Shown here: one piece after another, positions 1-10,995 of the stretch
Position numbering within the stretch: the stretch's first letter is position 1
How the letters are laid out: every line of letters starts with the position of its first letter
Assembly: GCA_051313645.2 (NCBI GenBank)
Contig: JBNRSN020000022.1
Coordinates: 57,970,001-58,034,000 of the forward strand
Source: Centroscyllium fabricii
Taxonomy: Eukaryota
DNA: 64,000 nt
Direction: 5' to 3'
The notes under the pieces: model-generated
What the model was told of the DNA's origin: nothing
Seen by the model: the letters and a program-made list of their open reading frames with translations, nothing else
Database searches by the model: none
Program-made: the position numbers and the translations under genes

Positions 1-287
1 TGTTCAAAGTGAGGCTGGTTGCATCTTCAAACGATGTACAAACAAAGTTTTTCTTCAAAGGTCCGAGGAGCTACTTTGTGCTGGTGAGCATAGTGTAAGC
101 AAAGTTATGTTAAGTCACTGCAATTTTGACATTAGTCTGTTATAACCTTAATAAATTTAATGAACAGCAATAAGTATAAAAAATACTTAAATCCTGGAAT
201 TTTGTAGGTGACATGACTAAGGAATACTTGACTGCATGACTTCTTCTCCCCTGAGGATTGGAAACTGAACAAGTTGACTTGACTATA

Positions 288-680
288 TAGAAACATAGGA
301 GCAGGAGTAGGCCATTCGGCCCTTCGAGCCTGCTCCGCCATTCAATGAGATCATGGCTGATCATCCAAACCCAGTACCCCGCCCCTGCCCTCTCCCCAAA
401 TCCCTCGATCCCCATCGAACCTGCACCGACACATAACCCACCCTATCCCCGTAACCCCACATATTCAATCCCCCTAACACTAAGGGTCAATTTATCCTGG
501 CCAATCAACCTAACCCGCACATCTTTGGACTGTGGGAGGAAACCGGAGCACCCGGAGGAAACCCACGCAGACACGGGGAGAATGTGCAAACTCCACACAG
601 ATAGTACCCGAGGCTGGATTTGAACCCGGGTCTCCAGTGCTGTGAGACAACAATGCTAACCACTGTGCCACCGTGCCGCC
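288..680 (-). mobile_element. tRNA-derived V-SINE (HE1-like) with CR1-derived 3' tail, near full length
   Basis: On the minus strand: tRNA-like head (GGCACAGTGGTTAGC...GGGTTCAAATCC), V-domain (TGTGGAGTTTGCACATTCTCCCCGTGTCTGCGTGGGTTTCCTCCGGGTGCTCCGG) and CR1-type tail (GAATGGCCTACTCCTGCTCCTATGTTTCTA). Many copies in the window. Confidence 0.85.
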
Positions 681-796
681 ATATCTCATGAAAGTTAAGG
701 ATCATTGTGGAGACCTTGTCTAAGTGCTTTTGGTATATCTATAAAATGAAAAATATGGAACCGTAATGTGCAGAGAGCAGGTGACATGGAGTCCTG

Positions 797-1589
797 GGGC
801 TCAATTTTCCAAGCCCCAAAGATGCGGATTTGGAGGCGGGAGTGGTGGGGAAATTGCAGAATCGGGGGGCAGGAACCCATCCCGCCTCCGTGCCAATGTC
901 CCATGAGGCGGGTACCCGACCTGTGCTGGGAGCCGCATTCCCGAGGCGGGAAGGGGATTAGTGCCAATTAACTGCCTGTTAACAGGCAGTTTTTTGCCTA
1001 ATCCCTATTTTTAGCCCTGAAGTGTGAGCTGTCCAACGGCGCCGAACCACGGCGAGTTAGCGAGGCGGACCGTCAGTCGAGATGTCCGTTATGCAGGGGA
1101 GTAATGGGTGCATGTGTGCAGAGGTAAGTGTAAAGTGTTTTAATAAGTTTTACTTACATTTACTTTCTCCTGCAGGCTTCCTTCCTTCAGTTCTTGGGAG
1201 TCCCTCAGCTCAACGGCACAGAAAGCAGAATGGCCGCTGAACTGTCAAAAGCTGCAGCCTCTGTTTTCTGGTCTGGAGAGCTCTCTAACTGAGTCTTGAG
1301 TAGAAGGACTCAAGTTAGAAGACAGATTGTCAGTGTTTGACAGCTTCACAGAGCTGTCAAACGCTGATTTTTTAAATCTGTCAAAAGCTCTTGACAGATG
1401 AAATGTCAATCGCTGATGTCACCAGTAACCAGCTGTCCCTTAATTGGCCTGCTGAGCCCACTGGGCGGGCTTAACAAGGTCAATCAAGGGAAAATAGCGT
1501 GGGTTGGCCGGAAGTCGATGGAGGCGGGACCACAACCCAAACAGTGGGAGTCCTGCCTCCAAAAGCTCCCCATTGACAAAATCGAGCCC
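797..1589 (+). mobile_element. PIF/Harbinger-type MITE, copy A
   Basis: TIRs GGGCTCAATTTT / AAAATCGAGCCC, 3-bp TSD CTG (794-796, 1590-1592). An inverted homologue lies at 6550-7416. Confidence 0.8.
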
Positions 1590-3104
1590 CTGGACTCCAT
1601 CTTTGGTTAGAATATGGTTGAGCTCTGTCATGGAATTCTACATGGCATTGAGAAATAGGACAGCTGCAAAAGAGATTGGAATATGAACAGGAGTAACTTG
1701 GACCTTGGATGTGCAACTTGTAAGTAGGTTTTGCTTGTTAATTGAGGACAGTTTTGATCATTGCAAATGGGTATTATCATAAAATTGCATTAAATTCCAT
1801 CTGTTTGTTATAGTCAAGGATTCAATAAAACTAGGTACATAGTAAATGGAGATCACTATATAACTCGGAAGTCAGGTTGACAATCTGACTACAGCCCTTA
1901 TTAAGGTAAGATGTGTGAGACCGTATCCAATGGATAGTCTCAAGCCTCGTTGTTTTCACACCAGCAACGAGATAAAAGCAGTTCAGTACAAAGTCTGGTT
2001 TAATAAAATTGCATGGCTGTCTATTTCACTGCCTAGGAACATTTTAAACTTCATTTTTAATATTGAGAAGTAACACAAATTTAACCAGCATTTGGAAGCC
2101 AATGAGCAAGTGCGCAGTGCCATTTTCCATGAGCAAAGACCAACCGCAGGAGCTGGCAGCATAACTGTAGTCTACTGCACCACATTATGGTCTACAACCC
2201 CGTATTGCACTCTTTTAATACAGGACCTAGACTTGTCGTATAAGTGGCTCCTAAATTACCAATCTTAGCTAAGCAGAAGGTAGCATTTCCCCACAGTGAG
2301 GGGAAAAAATCTGAGTCATTCCAGATTGTCCCTGCATCTACCAGTCATAGAATTTTACAGCAAAGAAGGAGACCATTTGGTCCACCAAGGGCGATGGCTC
2401 TCGGCCCTATTCCTTTACCTATTCCTTTACCTTTTCTTCATACATTTTGCTTTAGTCTAACTGGGTGTGGCCATGTAACTACTTCGCCAAAAATAACTTT
2501 AAGGATGCAATCTACTCTTAATTCATATTTGTTAATTCAAAAGGTTTTGATAACATTTTATTAAAAATTTTATTTGAATTACCGGAGAATCTGATTTTTT
2601 TTTCAGGAAAGCACTGATTTTGAATTAACAGGAGTAGAGCATAGTTCAATCTATCCATGTTATGATTTTTACAGCTCATGGCTAACGGCAATTTTTGGTT
2701 AAAACATTTTTGGCTGTAAGCGATTATTTTTTTTTGGTTGTTCAGCCAGGTATCTAATGCACACGAAGCCCGCCATGGTTTTTAAGTATCTAAGCTAACT
2801 TGAGAAATCCACACGGTAGAGCTTGTCTGAGATGTGCACACAAACACTCTCTGGAGGGACACATTTCACTAGCCCAAATCCAGTAAACTTGAGCACAGGT
2901 TGTGTGGCGGGGTATTGCTCGAGTTTAACCAGCTAAACCATGCAGCTCACCAAGGCTGCTTCCCGATTGTTTTGGTCTTTGTTTATCTAGGACCACTCCA
3001 CACACTAGGCGTGCTGGGTGAATTGCAGTCAAGTGCAAAGAATCCCAGCCACCCGTGACCGATCTACACCTTCAGGCTCCATCAGTGAGCTAGGCTCCCC
3101 TGTA

Positions 3105-4222
3105 CAGGGTGCGACAAAAAAAAATTTTGGATTTCTAAAACACTTGCCCGAACACACATTTCACTTGCCCAAAAGTTTTAAAGAAATAAATAAAAAAATT
3201 ACATTTTTATTAAAATGCTTCAAGATAAAGCCATAGATTGTGATTGTTCCTGTAGTTGCATTGGCCTGGTTTCTGCCCCTCGCTCCCTAAAACTATTGGC
3301 CTCTCCATCCTATTCCACATTTAAAAATCTTTTCAAAAATCTATTTCCTCAAGCATTCACTCCATTTCTTCATTTGTCTCTTCCAAACTTTCTGTGAAGG
3401 CTCCCTCACTCTCTCTCCCCGCCTACCTTCGTCCAGCAGCCGCTCCAGGTGGGTGAAGATGCCGCAAAAGTTGGGCAGGCTCGACTTCAGCTTCTTGTCA
3501 TTCATCAGCTGCATCAAATAGTCGGGACTGGGTCTCGGCTTCTCCGTCACTTCCATTTCCCCCACCATTCTGTTATATATATTTTCCCCCCTCTGAGGAG
3601 TAATTTAAAGATTTTATAATTGATCAAAAGAATAAAGACCCAGGGCATGACAAAACCAAGGGGGCACAGACATGAGCATTTAGCCATCAATCACTAGATC
3701 TGGCTGCACCACATCAAGCACCATCTGACCTGACTCTCCTGTGCCAAAGCCGCCAGGGTCCTCCTGGGTATCAACATTGACTCAGTGGTAGCATTTTTGT
3801 CTGAGTCTTGAGGGTACAAGCCTCATTCCAGGAGTTCTCAGAAACAGCTCCGTTTTTTTCTCTTCCCCCCCCCCCCCCCCCCGCCCCCCCCCCCCAAGCG
3901 GGTCGACGGCACCGACCCACTCTTGCCACGCTGCATCAGCCCGCTCCACCTAACCCGACTGCTGCCCCGATTGACACGCCGCCTCCTCCAATCCCAGCCG
4001 CGCCGCCCGGCCCCCCTCTAGCCAATCCACACCCGCCTCCAGGGCGGGATCCACCCATCCATTCCCGTCGTCGTCAACCAATCAATTTGACGACACGCCG
4101 CCTCCTCCAATCGACCGCCGTGGCAAACCAAGACGTGGCCTCGATCATCGATGAGAAATGCATCGCACTTGCCCCTTCGGCGCATTTTGCTTGCCCCGGG
4201 CAAGCGGTTTTGTCGTGCCCTG
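3105..4222. mobile_element. Non-autonomous hAT-like DNA transposon carrying captured host sequence (Pack-TIR)
   Basis: TIRs CAGGGTGCGACAAAA / TTTTGTCGTGCCCTG (13/15), direct repeat CTGTA on both flanks (3100-3104, 4223-4227), and subterminal (CA/G)CTTGCCC motifs at both ends (about 3141, 3162, 4166, 4189). Confidence 0.75.
3427..3568 (-). pseudogene. qki: Captured copy of QKI (quaking) coding exon 1, most of the QUA1 dimerisation region
   Basis: [47 protein letters not shown] matches the QKI N-terminus. Homology stops after 142 nt at G|GTAGGC, a phase-1 donor. No further QKI exon was seen in the window. Confidence 0.9.
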
Positions 4223-4431
4223 CTGTAGTACTGGAGACCTGCCTGGTTCAGATATTGGGTTACCCAAGTCTTGGTTGACTTGGGGGTTGACCTGGTTTCA
4301 AACAACCATTACCAGGCCCTGAGGTTAGTTAGCAGTTAGCCCTCAATAAGTGGCTGGCAATAGCAGGGGCTGCTCACAGGGATTAGGAAACAGCACAACT
4401 CAGCATAAAATATACAAGTGCATTTCCCCCA

Positions 4432-6527
4432 AGATATCAGGGCAAAGAGAGAGAGTATGAGAAAAGATTAGGAGGTAACATATAAGGGAACCCAAAAGTC
4501 TTTTATAAACATTAAAAAAGTAAAAGGATAGTTAAAGGAATGATGGGGCTGATTGGGGACAAAAACGGAGATCACTGAGGTACTGAATGAGTACCTTGTA
4601 TCCGTTTCCACAAAAGAAGAGGATGAAGTTAATGTACAAGTAGACGAGAGGTTTGTAGAGATATTAGATAGGATAAAAATAGATGGAAAGGAGGTGCTAA
4701 ATAGGTTGGTATCACTCGAGGTTAACAAATCACCCGGTTCAGGTGGGATGAATCATAGGTTGCTGAGGGTAGCTAGGATGGAGATAGCAGAAACTCTGAC
4801 CACAATCTTTCAATCCTCCTTGGAGGATGTGGTGTCAGAGAAGTGGAGGATTGCAAATATTCAAAAAGGGGGAATGGGATAAACTTGGTAACTACAGGCC
4901 AATCAGTCTAACGTCAATGGTGGGAAAACTGCTGGAGACCATTGTCGAGCACAAAATTAATTCTCACTTGGAGAAGCATGGGTTAATAAGGGACAGCCAG
5001 CGCTGATTTGTTAAAGGCAAATCATGTCTGAGTAACCTTGATGAAGTAACAGAAAGGGTTGATGAAGGTAGTGCAGTAGACGTGTATATGGACTTTCAAA
5101 GGCATTTGATAACGTACCTCACAACAGACTCGTTCGGAAAATATAAGCACATGGTATTAAAGGGACAATTATAACTTGGGGACAAAATTGACTAAGGGAT
5201 AAGAGGCAGAGAGTAGTGGTAAACGGATGTTTTTCTGGAGAGTACGCCGTGGTGTCCCCCAGGGGTCGGTATTGGCACCATTGCTTTTCTTATATATAAA
5301 TGACCAGGACTTAGAAACATAGAAGATAGGAGCAGGAGTAGGCCATTCGGCCCTTCGAGCCTGCTCTGCCATTCAATGAGATCATGGCTGATCATCCAAA
5401 CCCAGCACCCTGTCCCTACCTTGTCCCCATATCCCTCGATCCCTATCGAGCCTGCACCGACACATATCCCACGCTATCCCCGTAACCCCACATATTCAAT
5501 CCCCCTAACACTAAGGGTCAATTTACCATGGCCAATCAACCTAACCCGCACATCTTTGGACTGTGGGAGGAAACTGGAGCACCCGGAGAAAACCCACGCA
5601 GACACGGGGAGAATGTGCAAACTCCACACAGATAGTCACCCGAGGCTGGATTTGAACCCGGGTCTCCAGTGCTGTGAGGCAACAGTGCTAAGCACTATGC
5701 CACCGTGCCGCCCACCGACTTGGGTATAGGGAGTACATTTTTGATATAATTTGGTAAATGTGAAGTGATGCACTTTGGGCGAAGCAACATGGAGAGGCAG
5801 TATAATCTAAATGATATTATTTTGAGTAGGGTGCAAGAACGGGGGGACCTGGGGGTGCATTTACAAATCGTTGAGAAGGCAGTTAAGAAAGCGTATAGGA
5901 TACTGGGCTTTGCAAATAGGGGCACTGAACATAAAATCAAGGAAGCCATGCTGAACCTTTACAAATCTCTGGTTAGTCCTCAGCTGGAGTATTGTGTACA
6001 GTATCGGGCACCACACCTTTTAGGAAGGATGTCAAGACCCTGGAGAGTGTGCAGAGGAGGTGCACCCAATTGGTACCAGGGATGAGGGAGTTCAGAGATG
6101 TGAAGAGATTGGAGAAGCTGGGATTGTTCTCATTAGAGCAGAGAAGGTTAAGGAGAGACTTAATAGTGGTCATCAAAATTATAAGGGGTTTTGATAGAAC
6201 AAGTAGGGAGAAATTATTTCTTCTGGCAAGAGGGTCATTAACCAGAGGTCATAGATTTAAATTAATTGGCAAAAGAACGAGAGGGGAAATAGAAAAATAT
6301 CTTCATACAGAGGGTTGTTAAGTTCTGGAACGCACTAACTGAAAGGGTGGTGGAATCAGATTCCGTAACATTTAACCGACAATTGGGCATGTATACGAAG
6401 AGGACTAATTTGCAGAGCTATGGGGAAAAAGCTGGATGTGGAAATACATTGGACAGCTGTTTCGAAGAGCTAGGACAGGCATGACCGGCTGAATGGCCTC
6501 CTTCTGTACTGTAAGATTCAATGATCC
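4432..6527 (+). mobile_element. Degenerate CR1 LINE (ORF2 RT region to 3' end), interrupted by a SINE at 5312-5713
   Basis: Frameshifted pieces such as KSPGSGGMNHRLL, LYKSLVSPQLEYCVQ and TRGHRFKL are collinear with the intact ORF2 at 8038-10914. Confidence 0.85.
5312..5713 (-). mobile_element. HE1-like V-SINE, full length
   Basis: Highly similar to 288-680. A short GACTT duplication lies at both flanks inside the CR1. Confidence 0.85.
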
Positions 6528-6549
6528 TCTTGACTAGTATGGACACACC

Positions 6550-7416
6550 GGGCTGGACTTTGTCAATGAGGAGCTTTTGGAGGTGGGACTCCCGCTTTTG
6601 GGGTTGTAGTTCCGCCTCCATCGATTTGTGGCCAACCCACGCTACTTAGATAGCAAAATACTGCGGATGGGCCACGCTACTTTCCCTTGATTGACCTTGT
6701 TAAGCTCACCCAGCGGGCTCAGCAGGCCAACTAAGGGACACCTGGTTACTGGTGATGTCAGCGATTGACATTTCATCTGTCAAGAGCTTTAAACAGATAA
6801 AAAATCAGCATTTGACAGCTCTGTGAAGCTGTCAAACACTGACAATCTGTCATCTAACTTGAGTCCTTTTACTCAGACTCAGTTAGAGAGCTCTCCAGAC
6901 CAGAAAGCAGAGGCTGCAGCTTTTGACAGTTCAGCGGCCATTCTGCTTTCTATGCCGGTGAGCTGAGGGACTCCCGAGAACTGAAGGGAGGAAGCCTGCA
7001 GGAGAAAGTAAAGGTAAGTAAAACTTATTAAAACACTTTACACTTACCTCACACACTTACCTCTGCACACATGCACCCATCACTCACCTGCACAATGGAC
7101 ATCTCGACCCCTCCAATCCCTTCAGATCAACGGTCCGCCTCGCTAACTTGGTGTGGTTTGGAGCTGTCTGGAAGCCCACACTTTGGGGCTAAAAATAGGA
7201 ATTAGGCAAAAAACTGCCTGTCAACTACCTGTTAACAGGCAGTTAATTGGCACTAATCCCCTTCCCGCCTCGAGGAGGCGGGTCCCAGCACAGGTCGGAT
7301 ACCCGCCTCCTGGGACATTGGCACGGAGGAGGGTTGGGGGCGGGATGGGTTCCTGGCCTCCGATTCTGCAATTTTCCCACCACTCCCGCCTCCTCGGGGC
7401 TTGGAAATTCGAGACC
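6550..7416 (-). mobile_element. PIF/Harbinger-type MITE, copy B (inverted relative to copy A)
   Basis: Reverse complement of 797-1589 over its whole length, with its own 3-bp TSD ACC (6547-6549, 7417-7419). Confidence 0.8.
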
Positions 7417-7979
7417 ACCATGTCCCATTGAGCAGTGGTTCCAAGTTGTAGGTGCAGAACTTCAGCAGAAACTGCTTACTTTTTAAAGTAGGCACTAAGC
7501 CCTGGATATATAGGCACATGTTCTGATACCCAGCCACCAGATAATATCTTCTAGCAGCTGTTATTATGCCTAGTCCGAGTTTCTTCATAATCTGTTGACC
7601 GCTTGCATCATAATAAATATTTTGGACATCCAAGGGCCATGCTGTGTACCAAGCTTGCTCGTCAACTGCTTAATCCTGTCCTCCTTCATGAGGGGTTGAC
7701 CGACAAGTGCCCGTACTTGGTGACCAGTTGTTATAGGCTGGCATCCTCTTTCCCTGCTTGCCCCTTTTGACATAAATTACCTCCTAGTTTGGTCTTGGAT
7801 CCAGCACGTGTGAATTTGTGAATATCACACATAGCTTAAAGGAAGCCCTCCATCGCATGCCCAGGTGTTCTGCACCGAAAAGAACTGTTTGGACACTTCT
7901 GGTACGCTAAACACTTAACCTGATTGGATTTTGCTGTCCATTGGAGGAAGATCAAATGCGCCTTTCATTCCTTCTGAAC

Positions 7980-10900
7980 GGGTTGGGGTGGGTTTAAACT
8001 AAATTGGCAGGGGGAGGGGACCCAGAGTGAAGGCATAATGGGTAGGGGAATACAACCTAATAAAGGTAAGCAGACTACACAGCAAAACAAGGTAGTATTA
8101 GGTCAGAGAATGAAAGGTATATATTTTAACGCAAGGAGTCTGACTAACAAGGTGGATGAGTTAAAGGTATTGGTTGACGCATGGGAATATGATATAGTAG
8201 CTATCACGGAGACGTGGCTGAAGGAGGGGCAGGAATGGCAGCTAAATATTCCGGGGTATAGAATTTTCAGGCGGGACAGAGACGAGGGAAAAAGGGGAGG
8301 GGGGGTAGCGATACTGATTAAGGATTCAATCACAGCCATCAGGCGGGTCGACCTAATGGATGATTCCTCAAACGAGGCACTATGGGTGGAGGTAAAAAAT
8401 ACAAAGGGGGGGGGCACCTTACTGGGAGTATATTATAGACCACCAAACAGTAAAGGGGAGATGGAGGGTAAGATATGTGAGCAAATCACGAAGATAAGCG
8501 AAAATAACAAAGTAATAATATTAGGGGACTTTAATTTCCCCAACATCAACTGGGATTGTCAGAGTGTGAGGGGCACGGAAGGTTCAGCATTCTTAAAATG
8601 CAGCCAAGAGAGTTTTTTGAAGCAATATGTTGGGTCACCTACAAGGGGGGGGGCGGTACTAGACCTAATACTTGGGAACGAAGACGGGCAGATAGAGGAG
8701 GTAACAGTGGGGGAGCACTTCGGGGATAGCGACCACAATTCAGTTAGTTTCAAGATTGTAATGGAGAAGGATAAAAATGGACATGGGGTTAAAGTACTAA
8801 ACTGGGGGAAGGCGGATTTCATTAAAATTAGGCGCGATGTAGCCGCAGTAGACTGGGGCCATCTTTTCAGAGGAAGATCTGCATCAGAGCAGTGGGAGGC
8901 CTTCAGAGGGAAGGTCGGGAAGATACAGGAGGAACATGTTCCTGCAAAAATCAAGGGCGGGGGAGGTAAACAAAGGGAACCTTGGATGTCTAGGGATATA
9001 TGTAAATTAATGAAGAAAAAAAGGGGGGCCTTCAATGAATATAAACGGCTAAAAACTGAGGAGGCGCTAGGGGAGTATAAGAAGTATAGGGGGGAATTAA
9101 AGAAGGAGATAAGAAAAGCCAAGAGGGGTCATGAGATTGCAATGGCCGGCAAAATCAAGGATAACCCTAAGGCATTTTACAGTTATATAAAAAACAAAAG
9201 GATCACGAGGGAAAGAATGGGGCCCATTAAGGACGATAGCGGAAAGCTGTGCGTCGAGCCCGAGGCGGTGGGGGAGGTACTAAACGAATTTTTCTCTTCA
9301 GTATTCACAAGAGAGAGGGACGGAACCGACATCGTAATCGGACAGAGTGTAGGGGGGGTAATTGAGGATATTACCATTACAAGGGAAGAAGTACTAGAAA
9401 TCTTGGGAAGCTTAAAGGTAGACAAATCACCAGGGCCGGACGCGATGTTCCCCAGGCTGCTGTTCGAGGCCAGGGAAGAGCTTGCGGGCCCCCTGTCTCA
9501 AATTTTCAGGTCCTCTCTCGCGTCAGGGGATGTACCCGAGGACTGGAGAACGGCTAATGTAGTACCCCTGTTTAAAAAGGGTAGTAGGGACAAACCGGGT
9601 AACTATAGGCCAATCAGTCTTACATCTGTAGTGGGGAAAGTAATGGAAAAAATTCTGAGGGACAAAATCAGTCTGCATTTGGAAAAGCAGGGTCTGATAA
9701 GGGATAGTCAACATGGCTTCGTCAAAGGTAAGTCGTGCCTAACTAATCTCTTGGAATTTTTTGAAGAGGTAACAAAGAGGGTGGATGAAGGGAGTACGGT
9801 TGACGTGGTGTATATGGACTTCAGCAAGGCTTTTGATAAAGTCCCACATAGGAGACTAATAACAAAGGTTAAAGCACATGGGATACAGGGCAACTTGGCA
9901 CAGTGGATTCAAAATTGGCTGGGGGATAGGAGACAAAGGGTAATGGTAGAGGGCTGCTTCTGTGACTGGAAACCAGTAACCAGCGGTGTCCCCCAAGGAT
10001 CGGTTTTGGGACCCTTACTGTTTCTAGTATACATCAATGATTTGGACATGGGAGTAGGGGGTACGATCAGCAAATTTGCTGATGATACGAAAATTGGAAG
10101 GGTGGTAAATAACGATGAAGATAGTAAAAGGCTCCAGGAAGATATAAATGTAATGGTTAGTTGGGCAGAAAAATGGCAAATGGAGTTCAACCCAGAGAAA
10201 TGCGAGGTCATACAATTCGGCAGACCAAATGGGGTAAGGGAATATACCATGAACAAAAAAACGTTAGGTAGGACCGAGGAACAGAGGGACCTTGGGGTAC
10301 AGGTGCACAGCTCCCTGAAGGTTGCTGGACACGTAAACAAGGTGGTTAAGAAGGCATACGGAATTCTGGCCTTTATTAACCAGGGCATAGTATACAAAAG
10401 TAGGGAGGTAATGTTAAACTTGTATAACACGCTGGTGAGACCTCAGCTGGAGTACTGTGTGCAGTTCTGGTCACCGCACTTCAGGAACGATGTGGTTGCC
10501 CTGGAGAGGGTGCAGAGAAGGTTTACCAGGATGATACCTGGTCTGGGGGACTTATGCTACGAGGAAAGGCTGGACAGGCTGGGGTTGTTTGCCTTGGAGA
10601 AGAGAAGATTGAGGGGTGACATGATTGAGGTGTACAGGATCATGAGAGGACACGATAGGGTGGATAAAGGGGCATTGTTTCCCTTGGTGGGAGAGTCAAG
10701 TACTAGGGGACATAGATTCAAGATTAGGGGGGGGAGGTTTAGGGGGGAGGTAAGGAGAAATTTCTTTACTCAGAGGGTGGTGGAAGTGTGGAACTCCCTG
10801 CCTGTAAGGGTGGTGGAGGCAGAAACCATCGCAACATTTAAAAAATATTTGGACCAGCACATGAAGGACCGTAACATACAGGGTTATGGGCCAGGTGCGG

Positions 10901-10995
10901 GCAAATGGGGTTAGTATAGTGAGGAGTTTCCTGGGCCGGTGCGGACTGGATGGGCCGAATGGCCTTTATCCGCACTGTAAAGTTTCTATGATTCT
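7980..10995 (+). mobile_element. CR1 LINE, 5'-truncated in ORF1, with intact ORF2 and 3' UTR
   Basis: Probable ORF1 end (GGTTTAAACTAA), a full ORF2, and a CR1-type tail ending TTTCTATGATTCTA. Confidence 0.9.
8038..10914 (+). CDS. CR1 ORF2: APE-type endonuclease plus reverse transcriptase (958 aa)
   Basis: EN motifs YFNARSL, ITETWL, YRPP, LGDFN and SDH; RT motifs NYRPISLTS, YMDFSKAFD, GVPQGSVLGP and KFADD; uninterrupted frame. Confidence 0.95.
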   Translation: MGRGIQPNKGKQTTQQNKVVLGQRMKGIYFNARSLTNKVDELKVLVDAWEYDIVAITETWLKEGQEWQLNIPGYRIFRRDRDEGKRGGGVAILIKDSITAIRRVDLMDDSSNEALWVEVKNTKGGGTLLGVYYRPPNSKGEMEGKICEQITKISENNKVIILGDFNFPNINWDCQSVRGTEGSAFLKCSQESFLKQYVGSPTRGGAVLDLILGNEDGQIEEVTVGEHFGDSDHNSVSFKIVMEKDKNGHGVKVLNWGKADFIKIRRDVAAVDWGHLFRGRSASEQWEAFRGKVGKIQEEHVPAKIKGGGGKQREPWMSRDICKLMKKKRGAFNEYKRLKTEEALGEYKKYRGELKKEIRKAKRGHEIAMAGKIKDNPKAFYSYIKNKRITRERMGPIKDDSGKLCVEPEAVGEVLNEFFSSVFTRERDGTDIVIGQSVGGVIEDITITREEVLEILGSLKVDKSPGPDAMFPRLLFEAREELAGPLSQIFRSSLASGDVPEDWRTANVVPLFKKGSRDKPGNYRPISLTSVVGKVMEKILRDKISLHLEKQGLIRDSQHGFVKGKSCLTNLLEFFEEVTKRVDEGSTVDVVYMDFSKAFDKVPHRRLITKVKAHGIQGNLAQWIQNWLGDRRQRVMVEGCFCDWKPVTSGVPQGSVLGPLLFLVYINDLDMGVGGTISKFADDTKIGRVVNNDEDSKRLQEDINVMVSWAEKWQMEFNPEKCEVIQFGRPNGVREYTMNKKTLGRTEEQRDLGVQVHSSLKVAGHVNKVVKKAYGILAFINQGIVYKSREVMLNLYNTLVRPQLEYCVQFWSPHFRNDVVALERVQRRFTRMIPGLGDLCYEERLDRLGLFALEKRRLRGDMIEVYRIMRGHDRVDKGALFPLVGESSTRGHRFKIRGGRFRGEVRRNFFTQRVVEVWNSLPVRVVEAETIATFKKYLDQHMKDRNIQGYGPGAGKWG

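Noticed and set aside
345-623. Recurrent MRSWLIIQTQ... and MAEQARRAEW... ORFs as a small gene family
   Set aside because: They are chance frames of the repeated SINE and CR1 tail.
2840-2880. Alternative left end of the QKI-carrying element (ACACATTTCACTAGCCCAAA resembles about 3154-3173)
   Set aside because: No CAGGG terminus or TSD nearby; at most a remnant of an older relative.
3341-3568. QKI processed pseudogene, or a 75-aa QKI protein
   Set aside because: Homology ends at a GT donor with no exon 2 sequence or poly(A); the last 28 residues are read-through.
3808-4278. Proline-rich 156-aa ORF
   Set aside because: A product of C homopolymers and the GC-rich transposon arm; no recognisable domain.
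797-7416. One giant composite or foldback transposon with 0.8-kb inverted ends
   Set aside because: Each copy has its own TIR pair and its own TSD (CTG vs ACC), so they are independent insertions.
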